Source: the human T2T-CHM13v2.0 reference genome, Homo sapiens. Taken from it: a DNA stretch of 64,000 bases. Under the pieces are notes generated by a model. That model was not told where the DNA came from and searched no databases. It was given only the letters and a program-made list of their open reading frames with translations. The stretch lies in the NCBI RefSeq assembly GCF_009914755.1, contig NC_060926.1; one strand, written 5' to 3'. The translations under genes were made by a program, and so were the position numbers. Shown here piece after piece: positions 47,597 to 63,045 of this stretch (positions are counted from its first letter, which is position 1; the number at the start of each line of letters is the position of its first letter).

Positions 47597-48698
47597 CCTT
47601 GCACTATTTTTATACTCGCATTTTTTCTGTAAGATTAAAATTATTTTCAAATAAAAAGTTAAAACAAAAATTATGATGTGCTGCTTTGGCATTTAATGAG
47701 ACTTTGGTTTTCGTTCGGGCTGTGTTTCATAAATTCCTGGACCTGAAATGTAGGTGACTACTGCTGGAGAGACCTTTTGATCTAGAAGAAAGGGAGGGTT
47801 TGAGTTAAAATTTTGCAAAGAGGCTCTGTCTAGTCCATCATACGCAGAAATGCCATCATCATCTATCTGGGAGTAACTTGCTCTCTCTGGCCCTAATCAA
47901 TACAAAAGCTAGTCCTATGGCAGATCTTAGAAGCTTAAGAGATGGTTTGACTTAGTTTTAAATATAGGCCCCCTTTTATTTTTTAGTACCCAAGACTTTT
48001 GTTTAATGAAAGTACTTCTTTATTTTTAATGTTTTCCTTTGATGTGCACTTAAAACAAATTCAGACATCAAGCGTGTGAGCTTTTTAACAGCAAAAACTT
48101 CCTAAAGTTCATAACCCCTCTTAAAAAGAAACTCTTCCATTTTTAATTATGGCAAAACGCTGTGAAACAATTTTAGGTCACAGACATTCACGTACACAAT
48201 TCTAATCATGAAAGCAGTGGGTGGTTTCCCTGCTTGCCTGGTGACGCTAAAAAAGACCCTTATGAGTCCCATCAATCAAGAAGTAAAATCATTTTGGCTC
48301 TCATTATAGTTATATGAAGGAAATATTTTTATGTTTTAATTTAGAGACATGGCTCTAAATAGCACAAGGCTCAGTTAATATCCTGAAACAAGATTCTCCA
48401 ACCTTGCAGATTTGTACTGGGAATGGCTTACAGCTGACTTTCTAAATAGAAAGCTACATTATTAATGACACCCCATAAGATCTCAGCTGAGCAGGAATGA
48501 GGCTGGTGCTAAAATTAAAATAAAATATTAACAAAATTGACTTCAGCACAGTCAATAATCAGTTATCAAAACCTACTGCACTGCGGTGCAGGAGGCCTAT
48601 TTAATTTTTAGTTTTACTCAGTGCACACATCCATGATCACCAGGGGCCACTTGAAGTGCTTTACAGGGCCGAGGTAACAAGACTTAACCATTACTAAC

Positions 48699-48899
48699 AG
48701 GCTTTTTGCAGCTGCCAAAGAACTCCGGATCAGAGATCGGGTCCATGAGGTATGATCGAATGATATTAGCCCGTAAACCTTTTGGTGCTTCATTGGTCAT
48801 TTTCACTCCATTCTGCAGTACTGACACAGGGAAATTTGGAGATGGGTAACTCGTTAGCCACATTCGGAAATCTGGATGTGTTGACTCTGGGCTTAACTC
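48699..48899 (-). CDS. DNAH7: DNAH7 coding exon (probably 57), 201 nt, [19 protein letters not shown]...FFGSCKKP
   Basis: Acceptor ttacag|GAG, donor CCT|gttagt; HPDFRxWLTS motif; 67 codons. Confidence 0.94.
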
Positions 48900-49383
48900 C
48901 TGTAAGAAAATAAATCAGATACAAAAGAGTAAATAAAACCCAAAGAAAATCTCAAAAGCATACATATGAAGGATGAGTTGGAAGGGGGAGGAAGTATTTT
49001 TACAAAGTAGAAATGTAACTGCTGCAATTTTCAGCAAAAGCTTTAAAATCTGATGCTGCTCCTAAAACAATAACACCTTGTTGAGAAGGCCCAAGGTGTT
49101 GTCATTCTCCTTGGTAACATTAATTCATATGATTATAAAGTTTACAAAAGTGCTATATAATTTAGAGTTGGTTAAAATAACTAAGACATTCCCAAAACTC
49201 TTGTATGTGCACTGATGTTGCTGAAATATTTACAGAAATAATTCTCTGCCCCAGAGCTAGATTAAAGACTAATCCATTTCTCTTGCTGTAGCCAGGTTGT
49301 GAGAATAAACAAGGCACTCAGATAAGTCAGGGACAGATTTCTCTCTTATAGGACTCTGTGATGGGTATATATGATACAATTCA

Positions 49384-49850
<467 letters not shown>

Positions 49851-50936
49851 TCAACTATGATGACGTATACTCTTGAGAAAGTGTGCTGCACCAATAAAAG
49901 TGAAAGAAGTTCAAAAGGCTAGAGCATGGAAGTCATGATGAAAGTGGCCTGAGAAGAAACTTGAGAAGTAGGCAAAGGTCAGGTTCTGAAGAGTGCTGTA
50001 GGTCATGTTGGGGGTTTGAACTTTGTCTTGCATGCCTTGGGAGGCCATTGAAAAGTGTCAGGCAGTGAAGATATTGCTTGATTGTATCCTATGGGCCTCA
50101 CTGTTCAAGGTGCTGGAGGGAAAGCAGAGAATACAACAGATAAAGACAAAGTCACTGTCTTCATGATGCTTACATTCTAGTGGGAGACACGGCCAGAACA
50201 AACTGGCGCTAAGTGACGTAAAGAAAAAACAAAGCCAGATGGGTGGATGGTGCAAGTTCTATCATCACCATGGTTATTTAGAAGGGAGTTAGGAGTGGGC
50301 TAGAGTCATGGGTAATTCCAGAGGATTCATTTTCTCTGTTTGTTGAGATCAAGTGCCAGGCTTTCTGTTTACTCAGTTGAGCTACATGGAGTTTTTTTCC
50401 TGGAATTTCTGCCAACCAGAACAGGGAAGTCCCACGACCCACTGCAAGGTGGGTGGGAACAGTGCCCTTTGGGTTTCAGATTTCTCTACTGTGGCAGGGT
50501 AACTGGCCAAGTGGGAGAGAAGTAAGTTAAAGAAAAGTGACATTCTGAAGCCTTTGAGTTGAGAGTGGCCACATGAATTTCACCTTGAACAGTCCTCCTT
50601 GGTTGCTTTAGGCCATTGTTATAAAAAGTAAGTTGATGTATATCTACCCTGTGGTTTACTCTCCTCCTTCAGCCTGCTCCTCAGGATTGAGGATATTTCC
50701 ATCTCACTGGATGAGCCCTTGTCCCTGTTAAGAGGGATTTGCCCAGGCCTGGCTATGTGCTCGCCTCTGTTCCTCCAGATCTGGTTTTCAATGTGAGCCT
50801 CTCTCTCCTGCAATCCAGCCAAAGCACTAACCTGCAACGCTCCAAATTAGAGGGGAATGGAGCTACCCGAATGTTATGTATATTACTAATTAGATCCAGG
50901 GAATGCAATCTAATAAGTATAAACTTGCATTTTTAC

Positions 50937-51098
50937 CTCACAGACTTTCTCAAGGGTTGGCATCCAAGAGGTGGCAAGGTGACAATTCTGAAGAACAACC
51001 CATGTTCCTTCCTTGACAGCTTTTTCTAACATCTTCATAGCAATGGGCCCTTGGCCTTGACCAAGAGATAAAGAGCTAAGTTTTGATCCCCCATATCC
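50937..51098 (-). CDS. DNAH7: DNAH7 coding exon (probably 56), 162 nt, [17 protein letters not shown]...[19 protein letters not shown]
   Basis: Acceptor acacag|GGA, donor GAG|gtaaaa; SLGQGQG and LQNCHL dynein motifs. Confidence 0.96.
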
Positions 51099-52867
51099 CT
51101 GTGTACAAGAATAGTAGAGATGTTATTTAAAATCACATTTTAAGAAACATCAATATTGTTTTTTTAAAAGTTAACATTGACTATATTACAACTTAATTGG
51201 GTCACATGTCTCAAAAAGCCAAACACATGCATCCCTAAAAAACTCTCTTTGACAAAGAATCTTATAAACACTTCGATAAAAAGCAAGTCAATTCACGTAG
51301 TAAATAGTCATGGCAATAAATGGAAAATTCTGTAGAGTCTTTGGTTGTTGATAGAAGGGATAGAAAGAATAAATTAAATAGACTTTTAACATAAGGAGGA
51401 GATGAAAGGCACTGGCAGTCTTGCAGCAACTCCTAAAATCCAAATCTGAAAAGAAAACTAAAAAGAGACAGATGAACTTGTCCTGTTTCCTCCATATCTT
51501 TGAATAACTATATTTTAGTTACTTTGGCTACTGTATAAAAGAGAATTTTTAAAATTGCCACTGATTCCCATGTCAGTTTCTTTAGAGAATTCTGTGGGAA
51601 TGTTTTCCTATATTCAGTTTTACTGTATTCTAATTCGTCCCTGGCTTCTGGGTCTCCTTTCTGGGGTAGTTATCACTAGACTGCCCCTTTAGAAGAGGCC
51701 TGGATACGGAAGAGTGGGGTCTCAGCCCCTCCCGAATGCCCATGGCTTATTGTCACTAGCTGGTAGAGGCAGCAGAAAACAAAGTAGAGCTGGATCCTGC
51801 TGTTTCTGGAAGAAGAGGAGACAGCAAGAGAAGAGAATGCATGAGCAGGACCCACATAGGAGCCAGAGAATAATCATATGTACAGTGTGAGGAGAGATAT
51901 AAAAGCAACTAGGAGGGGCTCAAAGGGTCGTCAAGCTTGTGTTGACTAGGAGGTGAGTCCTTCGTAGAAGTGAACACTTCCACCATTCCCACTCTACTCC
52001 TACCCACCATTGCTCTTCCTGGACTTTCAATAGCCAACGCCCTTACTAGGGGCCTCCTTCTATTCTGCACCACCCAAATAAATTCTTCAGGCTCCAACTA
52101 GGATGAACTTTATAAATTATAGGTCAGATCATGTCAGTTTGTTGCTTAAAACCCTACTCCTCCATCTTCCCATCTTACTCAATGTCCTTAATGTGGCCTC
52201 CAGAGACCCTACATGATCTGGTCCTTCACACATCTCAGACCTCATCTCCTCCAATCACCACAGCCACATTCCAATGCTTCTTCAACAAATAATAAGTACT
52301 ATGCTAAGCTATCTATTCTTCTGCATATGAGAATTACACTCATGCAAAAATACATAATTCAAAAATCTGGAGGAAATAGGACAAGTTCACCTATTTATAG
52401 TTTTCTTTTCAGCTTTAGGTTTTAGGAGCTGCTGCAAGGCAGCCAGTCCTTTTTATTTCCTCCTTATGTTAAAAGTCTTCTTAAATTTTTTTCTATGCCT
52501 TATATCAATTTTTTTTGGCCTAGTAAATTTTTTTTAACCTCTCAGCTACATGGCCTTTGAGGAGATACTTAACCTGTCCATGCTTTAGTGTTCCTATCTG
52601 TATAATAGAGATACCACCATCTACCTTATGGAGTTGTAGAACATGTATGTAACAAGGTCTAGCAAAGTCAACAGTATACATTAAGCACTCAATACAAGTG
52701 GTGGTGGTGGCTTTAGAAATATCAGTAGCATTACCACACTGTGTTATTTTAATTGTACCAAATCGAAAAAATTCAACTCAGGAAATGCCCAATCATCTGT
52801 TTATTATTATTTTCTTGTTCTAGACCATATGATGTAAGAACATTTGTACTGAATTCATTTGAATTAA

Positions 52868-53207
<340 letters not shown>

Positions 53208-53657
53208 AGAACATATTTTAATCTAATACAGTGACCACAACGTACAATTGTTCTGGAAAGTCAATGAAGGCCCCCCGTTAGAGAGTGGCAGAGGGGTGGG
53301 ATCAGAAAAGGTGCACCCCTGAGGTCACTGTCCAGGCTTGAATTCATTAAATCAACCCAAGTTCATACACTGGTGCAAATAATGTCAAAGAGTTTCCTGT
53401 CCCCCAACCCCAAATAAAAGTAAATGCCACTTAAATCCCAATTCTAGTTTTAATTAAATTTTAATTTGGATAAGGAGTTCTTTTTTAGTGTCAGTGCTGC
53501 CATTTTAGTATCATTTTCTTGGGATTCTGTCAACTTGTGATAACTTTCAAAGGTTGAATGACAAATTTCTACCTTTCCCTCATCCTTAAAATTTCAATTA
53601 TAAGCAAGTATTGCTTTTTTAAAATAATATCCGACAACTTCATCTATTGTAAGGTAC

Positions 53658-53834
53658 CTGGTCATCAGCAAATTTTAGAAGGGCAGCCATGGGATCTGCT
53701 CCAGGAGAGAGCACGAAAATCAGTGGTGCACAGCAGTTACTGTCTCCAAATGCCTTGGCTAAATCAAAGGGGGGTGGTTCAATGAATGCACGTCCCAATC
53801 TGTTGATTATAAATTCCTGCAACATTGGAATAAC
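53658..53834 (-). CDS. DNAH7: DNAH7 coding exon (probably 55), 177 nt, VIPMLQEF...[18 protein letters not shown]
   Basis: Acceptor ttctag|GTT, donor CAG|gtacct; overlaps ORF 53640..53825; AAA6 SPGADP motif. Confidence 0.96.
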
Positions 53835-54505
53835 CTAGAAAGAGACAAGGATATAGTTGGAAGAATATTCAAAATCTGCCTAAAACCATTAAAAATTTAG
53901 ATTCAAAGGAGTTTTAAAACAAAATACCCTAGCTCTATTAGTTTAGGTATTCATTAATGGTGGGGAGTCCAAGGCATCAATGTTTATATAAATGCCTTTT
54001 AGATAGGAAATATTATAAAATATTTAGATAATAAAAGATTAGTGGTAATTGATACAAACATTCAAAGACTTTTTTTGTCCCCTTGAAATGAATGTTCAAG
54101 GCATAGTGGCTGAAGAAGGAACCTGAACTCTTAAGTTATAAAACACTAATTATGTTTCAAAAATTCACAACTCAAAAGTAGAAATTTTAGTTTAAGTTGT
54201 GCAAAATTTCCCACATCATCCAGAAAGAATTGATGTCACTGTGGAAAAGAAGAAGGAAAGGAAGAGCTCTATTCAAGAGAAACAAGCCACACACCCAAGA
54301 AACCAGACAAAACTATGTTGTGTAGAATTTCTGATAGCATTGTCTGAGAATTTTCTGGGAGCCTGTTTGAGAAACAGCAGAACTCTGCAGCTTGGTGTCT
54401 CTGCTAATTGGTCCTTTTCAGGCCTTGATTTGGGGGTGGAATTGCATTCAGTATGACTGATGTACAGCCTCGGGTACATCATTCCTGCTTTCTGACAAAG
54501 GGTCT

Positions 54506-54637
54506 ACACCAAGCCATTTATAAGGGATCTACTCTCATGACCCTCACACCTCCCATTAGGCCTCTCCTCCCAACACCGCCACATTTGGGACTAAATTTCA
54601 AGGTGAGCTTTGGTGGGGACAAACTCAAAGTACACCA
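54506..54637 (-). mobile_element. 5' half of a MaLR MST (MSTC-like) LTR
   Basis: Reverse complement reads tggtgtactttgagtttgtccccaccaaagctcaccttgaaattt..gggaggtgtgagggtcatgagagtagatcccttataaatggcttggtg. Confidence 0.8.
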
Positions 54638-55372
54638 ATAATTAAACAAATTGTGTTCATCATGTTGTCCATATGTATATTTGTAGCTGCTATTTTCAAA
54701 GTGAATATAAATTCCAATCATGGCAAGTGGATGTGTGATAAAAGGTATACATTTATTACTCTAAAGTAGCTACTTTAAAGAAGTTATTTGGTATTTCAAT
54801 ACTCTAACATGATATTGTTAATTCGGCTTGGTTGTCTTTTATGCAAAAAAGAAAATTCAATATATAGCAAAGCAAGGAAGGCCTAAAAATGCTTCTCCCT
54901 GAACAGGGGATTAAATGCTATATTAGTAACATGTAACGGATCTTTTTCTACTTCACTTTTCAAGGGCACATCTGCAATGCTTCTGATAAAGTCAAGCAGG
55001 AGACATTGTCGCCTGGCTCCCATGTTCATGCCTCACTCACATCAAACAAATATTTTGACACCTTCATTAAGTGCGACAGAAATTGAAACAATGTTGTTAA
55101 TTACTCAGCCTAAAGCTATTCTATTTTCCTGGAAAAAAATCAATTGATACCTATTTTTACTCATTAAAAAAGCCTCAAAATGAAAGGCAAAAGTAAATCT
55201 AGGAACAAAACACAGGAGAAAATAATGTGGGAGAGAAAAATCCACTCATGTTTCATGTTTCAATTTTCTCCTTTGTTTTTTCAAATCTGTACTCCCTTTA
55301 CTATTATGCTTCTCTTTTCCTATATCCAGTACTTCTGTGCTGACAAAACAAATGGAATGAATTGAAGAATTA

Positions 55373-55592
55373 GTTGATATAAAGTCAAGACACCCTTTGG
55401 GTGTCTGCTTCCCCTTCGACCTTCTGCCATGCTGTGACATTGCACAAAAGCCCTCACCAGAAGCCAAGCAGATGCTGATGCCATGCTTCTTGCACTTTCC
55501 AGCCTGTAGAACCATGAGTTTCTAATCTCTCTTCTTTATAAGTGACGAAGCCTTAGGTTGTCTGTTACAGCAACACAGAACAGACTAAGACT
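55373..55592 (+). mobile_element. 3' half of the same MST LTR
   Basis: gccctcaccagaagccaagcagatgctgatgccatgcttcttgcactttccagcctgtagaaccatgag..cagcaacacagaacagactaagac. Confidence 0.8.
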
Positions 55593-56487
55593 ATTATCTA
55601 ATTTCAATTTCTCGTCTATTAACTACCAAAAGTACTTTTTTTCCTGCTCTGAAATATATATATATATATATGCACAAAATTGTCATAAATATTTGTTGTT
55701 CATTTTTTAGTCACAAATTCTTGCAAATGAACAGATTCCCCCTTCACAGAATATTGTGAACACTACCTTACAGTTGAAAATTAAACTCCTAGTAGACAAG
55801 GGGCTACAAAAGCATACCAGTTTCAGAAGAGAACAGCGATATCTCAAGAGAAGGAGTAATGGAAAGATTTTTTGAAGGCCCCAGCACCACCCCGACTGAA
55901 TAGCTGCTCAGATACAAGAATGGAATTGTGTGTATATACAACACACTGCACTATGTAGACAATTCCACCAGCCTGCAACTTTTCTCAACTTGAAGCAAAC
56001 TGCAGGAGCAATGTGCAGGTGCCAAGTATCTTAAAACGATGGTCTACTCTGTAAAACATTGCAAATACTTCCAAACTTCGATTTTATAGTCTATGAAACA
56101 TTTATTTATACAAGATCTGTAAGTAAAAATAATTGACATGTCACAATGCCTTCTGTCAGTCCTAGTGCATGTGTGACTGAGAGACTGAGTGTGTTAGGGT
56201 GGGGAGCTGAGAGCCAATGGAGGAATATGTGTGTTAGGGATCAGATTTTTTTAATCCCTCCCAATATTTCTCTAGATTCATTCAAATATGGAAAATGTAT
56301 AGGTGAGCAACAACACATTTATAAATGCCTGATAGCATGGACCTACCTATGAGGATGACATATATACTGTTTGCACAAAATAAACATCCACTGAATGACT
56401 AAATTGATAAAAAGCTCAGGATGCCTACTTTTGTGAAAGTGGGGTTCTAATTACAAAAATATTAAAAATCACAGAATAATTAATTCA

Positions 56488-57075
<588 letters not shown>

Positions 57076-57077
57076 CT

Positions 57078-57350
57078 TTGTATAAACTTATAGGGTGCAA
57101 GTGCAATTTTTTACATGCATAGATTGTGTTGTGGTAAGGTCAGGGCTTTTAGGGTATCTGTTACCCAGATAATGTACATTGTACCCCTTAAGTAATCTCT
57201 GGTCATCCACCCTGCCACACCCTTCACCCTTCTGAGTCTCCTCTGTTTGTCATTCTACACTCTATATCCAGATATACACATTATTTAGCTCTCACTTATA
57301 AGTGACAACATTCAGTATTCGTCTTTCTGTGTCTGACTTATTTCACATAT
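57078..57350 (-). mobile_element. L1MA-like 3' end fragment
   Basis: ttatttagctctcacttataagtgacaacattcagtattcgtctttctgtgtctgacttatttcac. Confidence 0.75.
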
Positions 57351-58829
57351 GATAAATGTTTCAGATATTTTGAATGGTCACAGATGTCAAACTTATTGTC
57401 AGAAGATGAAAAATATCCTAATTGTCTGTCCCAGGACTTGGCCTTACCCTTTTCTTTATTATTATTTTCCTATAGCTGGTCTTTTCTCGATAGATTTTTT
57501 AAAAATTAACAAAAAAACCCCACTTTTTCCGTAATCTCTTTCTTCCCACGGCTAACTTCATGAAATTATAGTTTTGCAAACAAAATGAAAAGAACATGGG
57601 TTTTAAGTGCATGGTTTTACTTGAAGCAAGTTTGAATTATAAATGGCCTCACTTCTGTGAGTGGTTCAAACTGGTGTCACTTTGCACAGGCAAATGGGTC
57701 TGGCAGAGTGTGATTCTTCTTTCTGTCTGCTAGCACTGGAGGATCAAGTTAGGGGTGCTCACCTGAGAGTGATCAGAGACAAATTGCAGTGTTTCACTCT
57801 TAATGTCGAAGCTGAACAAAACTTAACTTGCTCCCAAGACTGAATTGTAACTCCCGAGGTAAATGAACCTGCGTTAGCTATTCAGTTTGCAAGGCAACAG
57901 AATTGGGTTTGCCTCTTCAATCTGATTATGCCAGCGTTAGGTTTGTAAAATGAAATCTGTCAGTAACAAAACTTACAGACTAATTTAGGCAACCATTCTC
58001 CCACAGGCAGGGAAGAAGTCTGCGGTCTTCTATGTATGTTTTGCTATTTATTGCAAGTTCCTACTGGATTTATCTGAGGCCAGAGAAACATATTAACTTA
58101 TATTTGACAAGTTTCTTATTGAAAGCTGATTAATTTGCTGTTTGTTTACCATTTAGAAGGACAGAACTGTGGCCAGAAGCTCTTCATTTTGTAAATGGAC
58201 TCAAAACATTCCACACCTCAGTATTTATCTATTTGATATGTTTCTTTTGTCAATAAAACACTATAAACTATTAAATTCTAAAGGAAAGTGCAAGCCCATC
58301 TCATTTTTTCTACTGGTGATTTAGTGAGACTCTTACATTTTTTCAAACTGGAGCGTTAGAGGGCCTGCTATTTGTGGCTTCTTACCACTGAGTGGGGCTG
58401 GTTTTGAGGGGAGAGGGGGGGAAGGAGACCCCCCCAAATTGTGCTCATGGAGCATACAGTAAACTAGAGAGCAATTAATTGCTGATTTTCCTGGATATCT
58501 GTGGCTATACAGATTATCTCTTAGAGGTGAAAAAGAAATAAACTCTTATAGAGTACTAGCTCAGATATTAGCCCCATTCAGCAATGCTCTTCTTCCTGGT
58601 ATTCTACTACCATTCTTCTTTGGAAAATCATTCTTTTAAAAGCATAATAGCCATGTATTATTTTATCATACATAGATTCCAAAATCATAATTTCACCAAT
58701 AGAAATTGGAGCACCTGGTAACAGTAAAATTAAAGGGTTTGAAGCTACTGGATAATATAACGGCATACTAACAATTATTTTTTTATTAAGGACATGAGTG
58801 TGGAGGTGTCGCTAATGGTACCTAGTTAA

Positions 58830-59195
58830 TTGTATCACCACGATAGACTGAGTTTAGCTGTGCTGGCAAACAGTTTCCAAACTGCAGTGGCTTAACACAT
58901 GAAAACTTACTTCTTGTTCCTGCAAAGTCATCTGAGTCTTAAGGCAACTGTCTCCATGCATTGGCTCAGCAGTCAAGCCTGCTTATAGTGCTTAAATAGC
59001 AGCAATATGTGATTCCACTATTTTGATGGCAGGGAGAGCACCTCAGAGAATCTGACCCTGGCAGTTAAATGCTTCTGCTCTAACACTTCTGCTCACATCT
59101 TATTGGTCAAAGTAAGATGTATGGCCACAATCCTCCCACTTCAAGTGTGCACAGGAGAGAAGAACCAGAAATACTGATGAGTAGTATTGTCCACA
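58830..59195 (-). mobile_element. Old MaLR LTR (MLT1K/L-like)
   Basis: cagtggcttaacaca, cacttctgctcacatcttattggtcaaag, gagagaagaaccagaaatact. Confidence 0.55.
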
Positions 59196-59941
59196 TATCT
59201 ATCTATCTATCCATCCAAGTAAAATGGGGAAACTGTAGAGGAGATTTTAAAATATATATGAAGATGATACAAGACAGAGGGCTAAAGTACTAGGCAAAGT
59301 AGCTGAAAGAAGTATAAAACCATAAATTTAACCTCCAATGATTTAAAAACAAACAAAAAACATACAAACCAACCTGTCCCCCACCAAAAAAACCCCTCAG
59401 CTTGACTATGTAACTTCCCACCTCCCTCGAATATACTTTAAAAAGAGAGTGAACGTAGAAAGAGATATATCATCTTATTGATAGCTCCATGTATTTTCAG
59501 ATTAAAGTGTCAAATTTTTAAAAACATTGAACTGGGGGAAAATATTTGCAGACAAAACTGCTGCAATTAGGAAATGCCTCATTAATCACTTTTAATTAAA
59601 CTTAATATAAAACACGAACTTTTTTTTTTAATATTGAGGGAGGAAGGTCAGTGGTACATCCAGAGCCATTATAATAGTTTTTATCTAGCTTAGAAAACAA
59701 AGTGAAAAACTGAAAATTTTAATAAAATGTTTTAGAGGAGGAAGCCACATTAAACAACAGTGTGAAGCATCTCATATTCTCCCATCTTTAACATATGAAG
59801 TGAAAACTTGTGAGGCTTAACACTAGCATTTTCATGGAGATTACATTTTTTAAAAGGGCTACCAAGGGGTAGGATGTCTCACCAGGGTCATAAAGAATGC
59901 TAAACTACTGTAGTTACTTCCAGCATAAGAGAGTGGGGTAG

Positions 59942-60161
59942 CAGAGTGACTTTCGTGGACCCAAGGTACTTCATAGGCCCCTTTCTCCTTTAAAAAAAAT
60001 TAAAAATTATATTTTACCATTGTTGGTATAAAGACAAATAAACACACACTGGATTATATTCTTCTGATTTTAAAAGAAACTACAACATTTTCATAGACCC
60101 CTGGAAGTATTCTGGTTCCCAAGCACTGTGCCTCCTGTGCCTAATGGATACTTGGGCCTTG
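59942..60161. mobile_element. Non-autonomous hAT-Tip100-like DNA transposon (MER45-like)
   Basis: Ends gcactgtgcctcctgtgcctaatggatacttgggccttg, resembling a recalled MER45-type terminus; TSD not found. Confidence 0.45.
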
Positions 60162-61103
60162 GCTAAGAACAGACTGCCACATCATGCAAGAATTACATGT
60201 GTTCAGTGAACAGAGTAGGGCTCATAGAGGGAAAAATGCCCCTAACCCATATTATCACTGATGTGTATTTTTAAAAAATTAATACATTACTTTGACAATC
60301 TAAATTCTGCTTTATTTTTTTTTCTTTTGGTTAGGATGGAGATATTTCTCCTATTCCTTAACAGATGAAACTGAATATAAGTTTTGAAATATTTATGTCA
60401 AACTTTAATTTGAGTGGTAATAATGGACAACTAGGATATTTTCTCAATTTTTTCCAACATAGCTAATGTCTATTTTTTTTTTTAGAGCACATTGATATCT
60501 TTGTGGTATCGGTCAATATTCATAGGTGAATTTTTTTATCTAATACAAATGAGGATGTTAATGAATACTGACATTTGCTAATATAACAGGTCTGCTGATT
60601 CACTGGTTATATAATTTATTATTTAAAGAAGTTAAAAGTAACAATATTGACATTTTCCTTTGTTGTCAATAATGACGAATGTCTTAAATTCAAATTCCAA
60701 CAAAAAACTATATATAAGGATAGCACTTGAGAAGTCCACAGATTCTAGTCTATCAGCTTGATGTTGACATCACTGACTAATTTCACCAAAGTATTAACAG
60801 TAAAGATAAGACTACAAATATGTAAAGGGAGTAGATTGTGAGTACTGAAAACCATAAATTAAAAACAAATAATCACAAAATAAATAAAATTATACAATAT
60901 AATCCAACTAGTTACTGATTTAGGATGGTTTTAGAAAAATATACAAACTTTTTGAAAAAAATGTCTGCATTAGAAAGAAGTGGGATTATTTCCCGCAGGC
61001 TCCTCTACCTCCCCCATGATTACATAAGGAAACGCACATTTGGATGGACTGAGCAGGCATAAGGCTTTGGAATCATTGAGCTGTTTTCAAAGCCCACATT
61101 TAC

Positions 61104-61196
61104 CTTGTCTGGCCTCAAGCAACGAATAATAAGCATCCTTTGAAACTCATTTGCTTTATCTTCCCATTCTTCAGGGAAAACCTCATGGTGTGGTTC
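61104..61196 (-). CDS. DNAH7: DNAH7 coding exon (probably 54), 93 nt, EPHHEVFPEEWEDKANEFQRMLIIRCLRPDK
   Basis: Acceptor ttttag|GAA, donor AAG|gtaaat; conserved RCLRPDK motif; missed by the ORF track. Confidence 0.95.
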
Positions 61197-61436
61197 CTAA
61201 AATTACAGTGTAAATAATTCAGTTATTTTGGAGATTATAAAGAGAACAGTATTTTCACTTATAAACCAACTTTTAGAATATATAAATGAAATCAAGAATG
61301 CTTGTCTAAATTTTACTATTTAGTGTAAAGTTGGGACATTATAAAATAAATAATAATAAGAAAAGTTAATATTCTTTAAAGGAGTCAAAACAAGGACATG
61401 AACTAATCAGGTTAATGTCGACATGAACACTAATAA

Positions 61437-61837
<401 letters not shown>

Positions 61838-63045
61838 TAAAAACCTACCCACTTACCTCATCATCTATTTACAAAAATAAATAAATATTTCAAAACAAGT
61901 AAAAAGGGTATTGTACTGAAATTTATTGTATTATTTCTTGTTTTTTAAAAATACTGTTTTATAAAGGAAGACTTGAGAATGTGTGTAATGAAGAAGCCAA
62001 TTGAGAGCTATTAAAAAATCACAAGAAGAGAGCCATCAGGGTACCAGAAGGGGTAAACCTTGGTGGGGAAAAAAGGAAACGTGTACCTGTGAAACTTTAG
62101 GAAAAGCTATGTGGTATCTCAAATTAGAAATCTTCATGCTTCAGCATAGTAATAAAATTTTAATTTTAAATTAGTTGAGGTACTCACAACACATACTTGT
62201 CTCTAGAAAACACTTTTATTACTAACAAGGAGAAATCCAAAAGAGATCACTTCCAAATATTTGAATTCGTGTGAAGACATAATCTCATTCTCACATATAA
62301 TACAACAATATAGGTTGTATAGGTAACAAAATAAAGTATAGGTTAACCAAACAAAACATACTCTCTGCATATCTAGCTTTCTTTCCTCCAACCTCTCCCT
62401 AGGAGAGCTCTTGCATATTAAACTCACAGAAAGCAGGAAGTCAAGAGAGTAGAAACAAAGGAATAGAAAAAATTAACTGGGAATTGGAAAAATATTAGCC
62501 CTTGTGTTAAAGAAAAATTGAGAGAAAGCAACAATTGCTATATATCCCAGATGGGAAACTGTGAATATTATGTCTGTGTCAAGTATAATACTCCCCAGTT
62601 AGTAAAACAAGGTCTCGTGAAAGTTGTTTTAGAACTACTGTACAAGCTTTTTCCTTTTCTCAAATGACACACACACAGAATTTTATCAGCTTGTATCCTG
62701 CATTCAGAAAATCTAAACAACAGCTGTTCCATAAACTTTAACTCATCTGCTATTAGGATTGCCAAAATCTACATTGATAATGAATAAAAATCTGGCATGG
62801 AAATTCAACAAGTATATTCTCAAGAACCACACAGCATTCTTGCATCTTAATACATTTCAAGGAGTTTGAATGGAAGTTCAAACAGAACCACTGACTTAGA
62901 AGGGGGGATAACATAAATCAAAATTTGCATTCTAACATGTGACCAGTTGTTTAAAGCTTATTTAAATCTTGCTTTTATGAAAAGATACTTAACATTCTTT
63001 TCTCCATTTAAAAACATTGGAATAAGTGAGAGGGTTAAAACATAC

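Noticed and set aside
49105-49119. X-box-like ttctccttggtaac
   Set aside because: Only one good half-site; expected by chance in 64 kb
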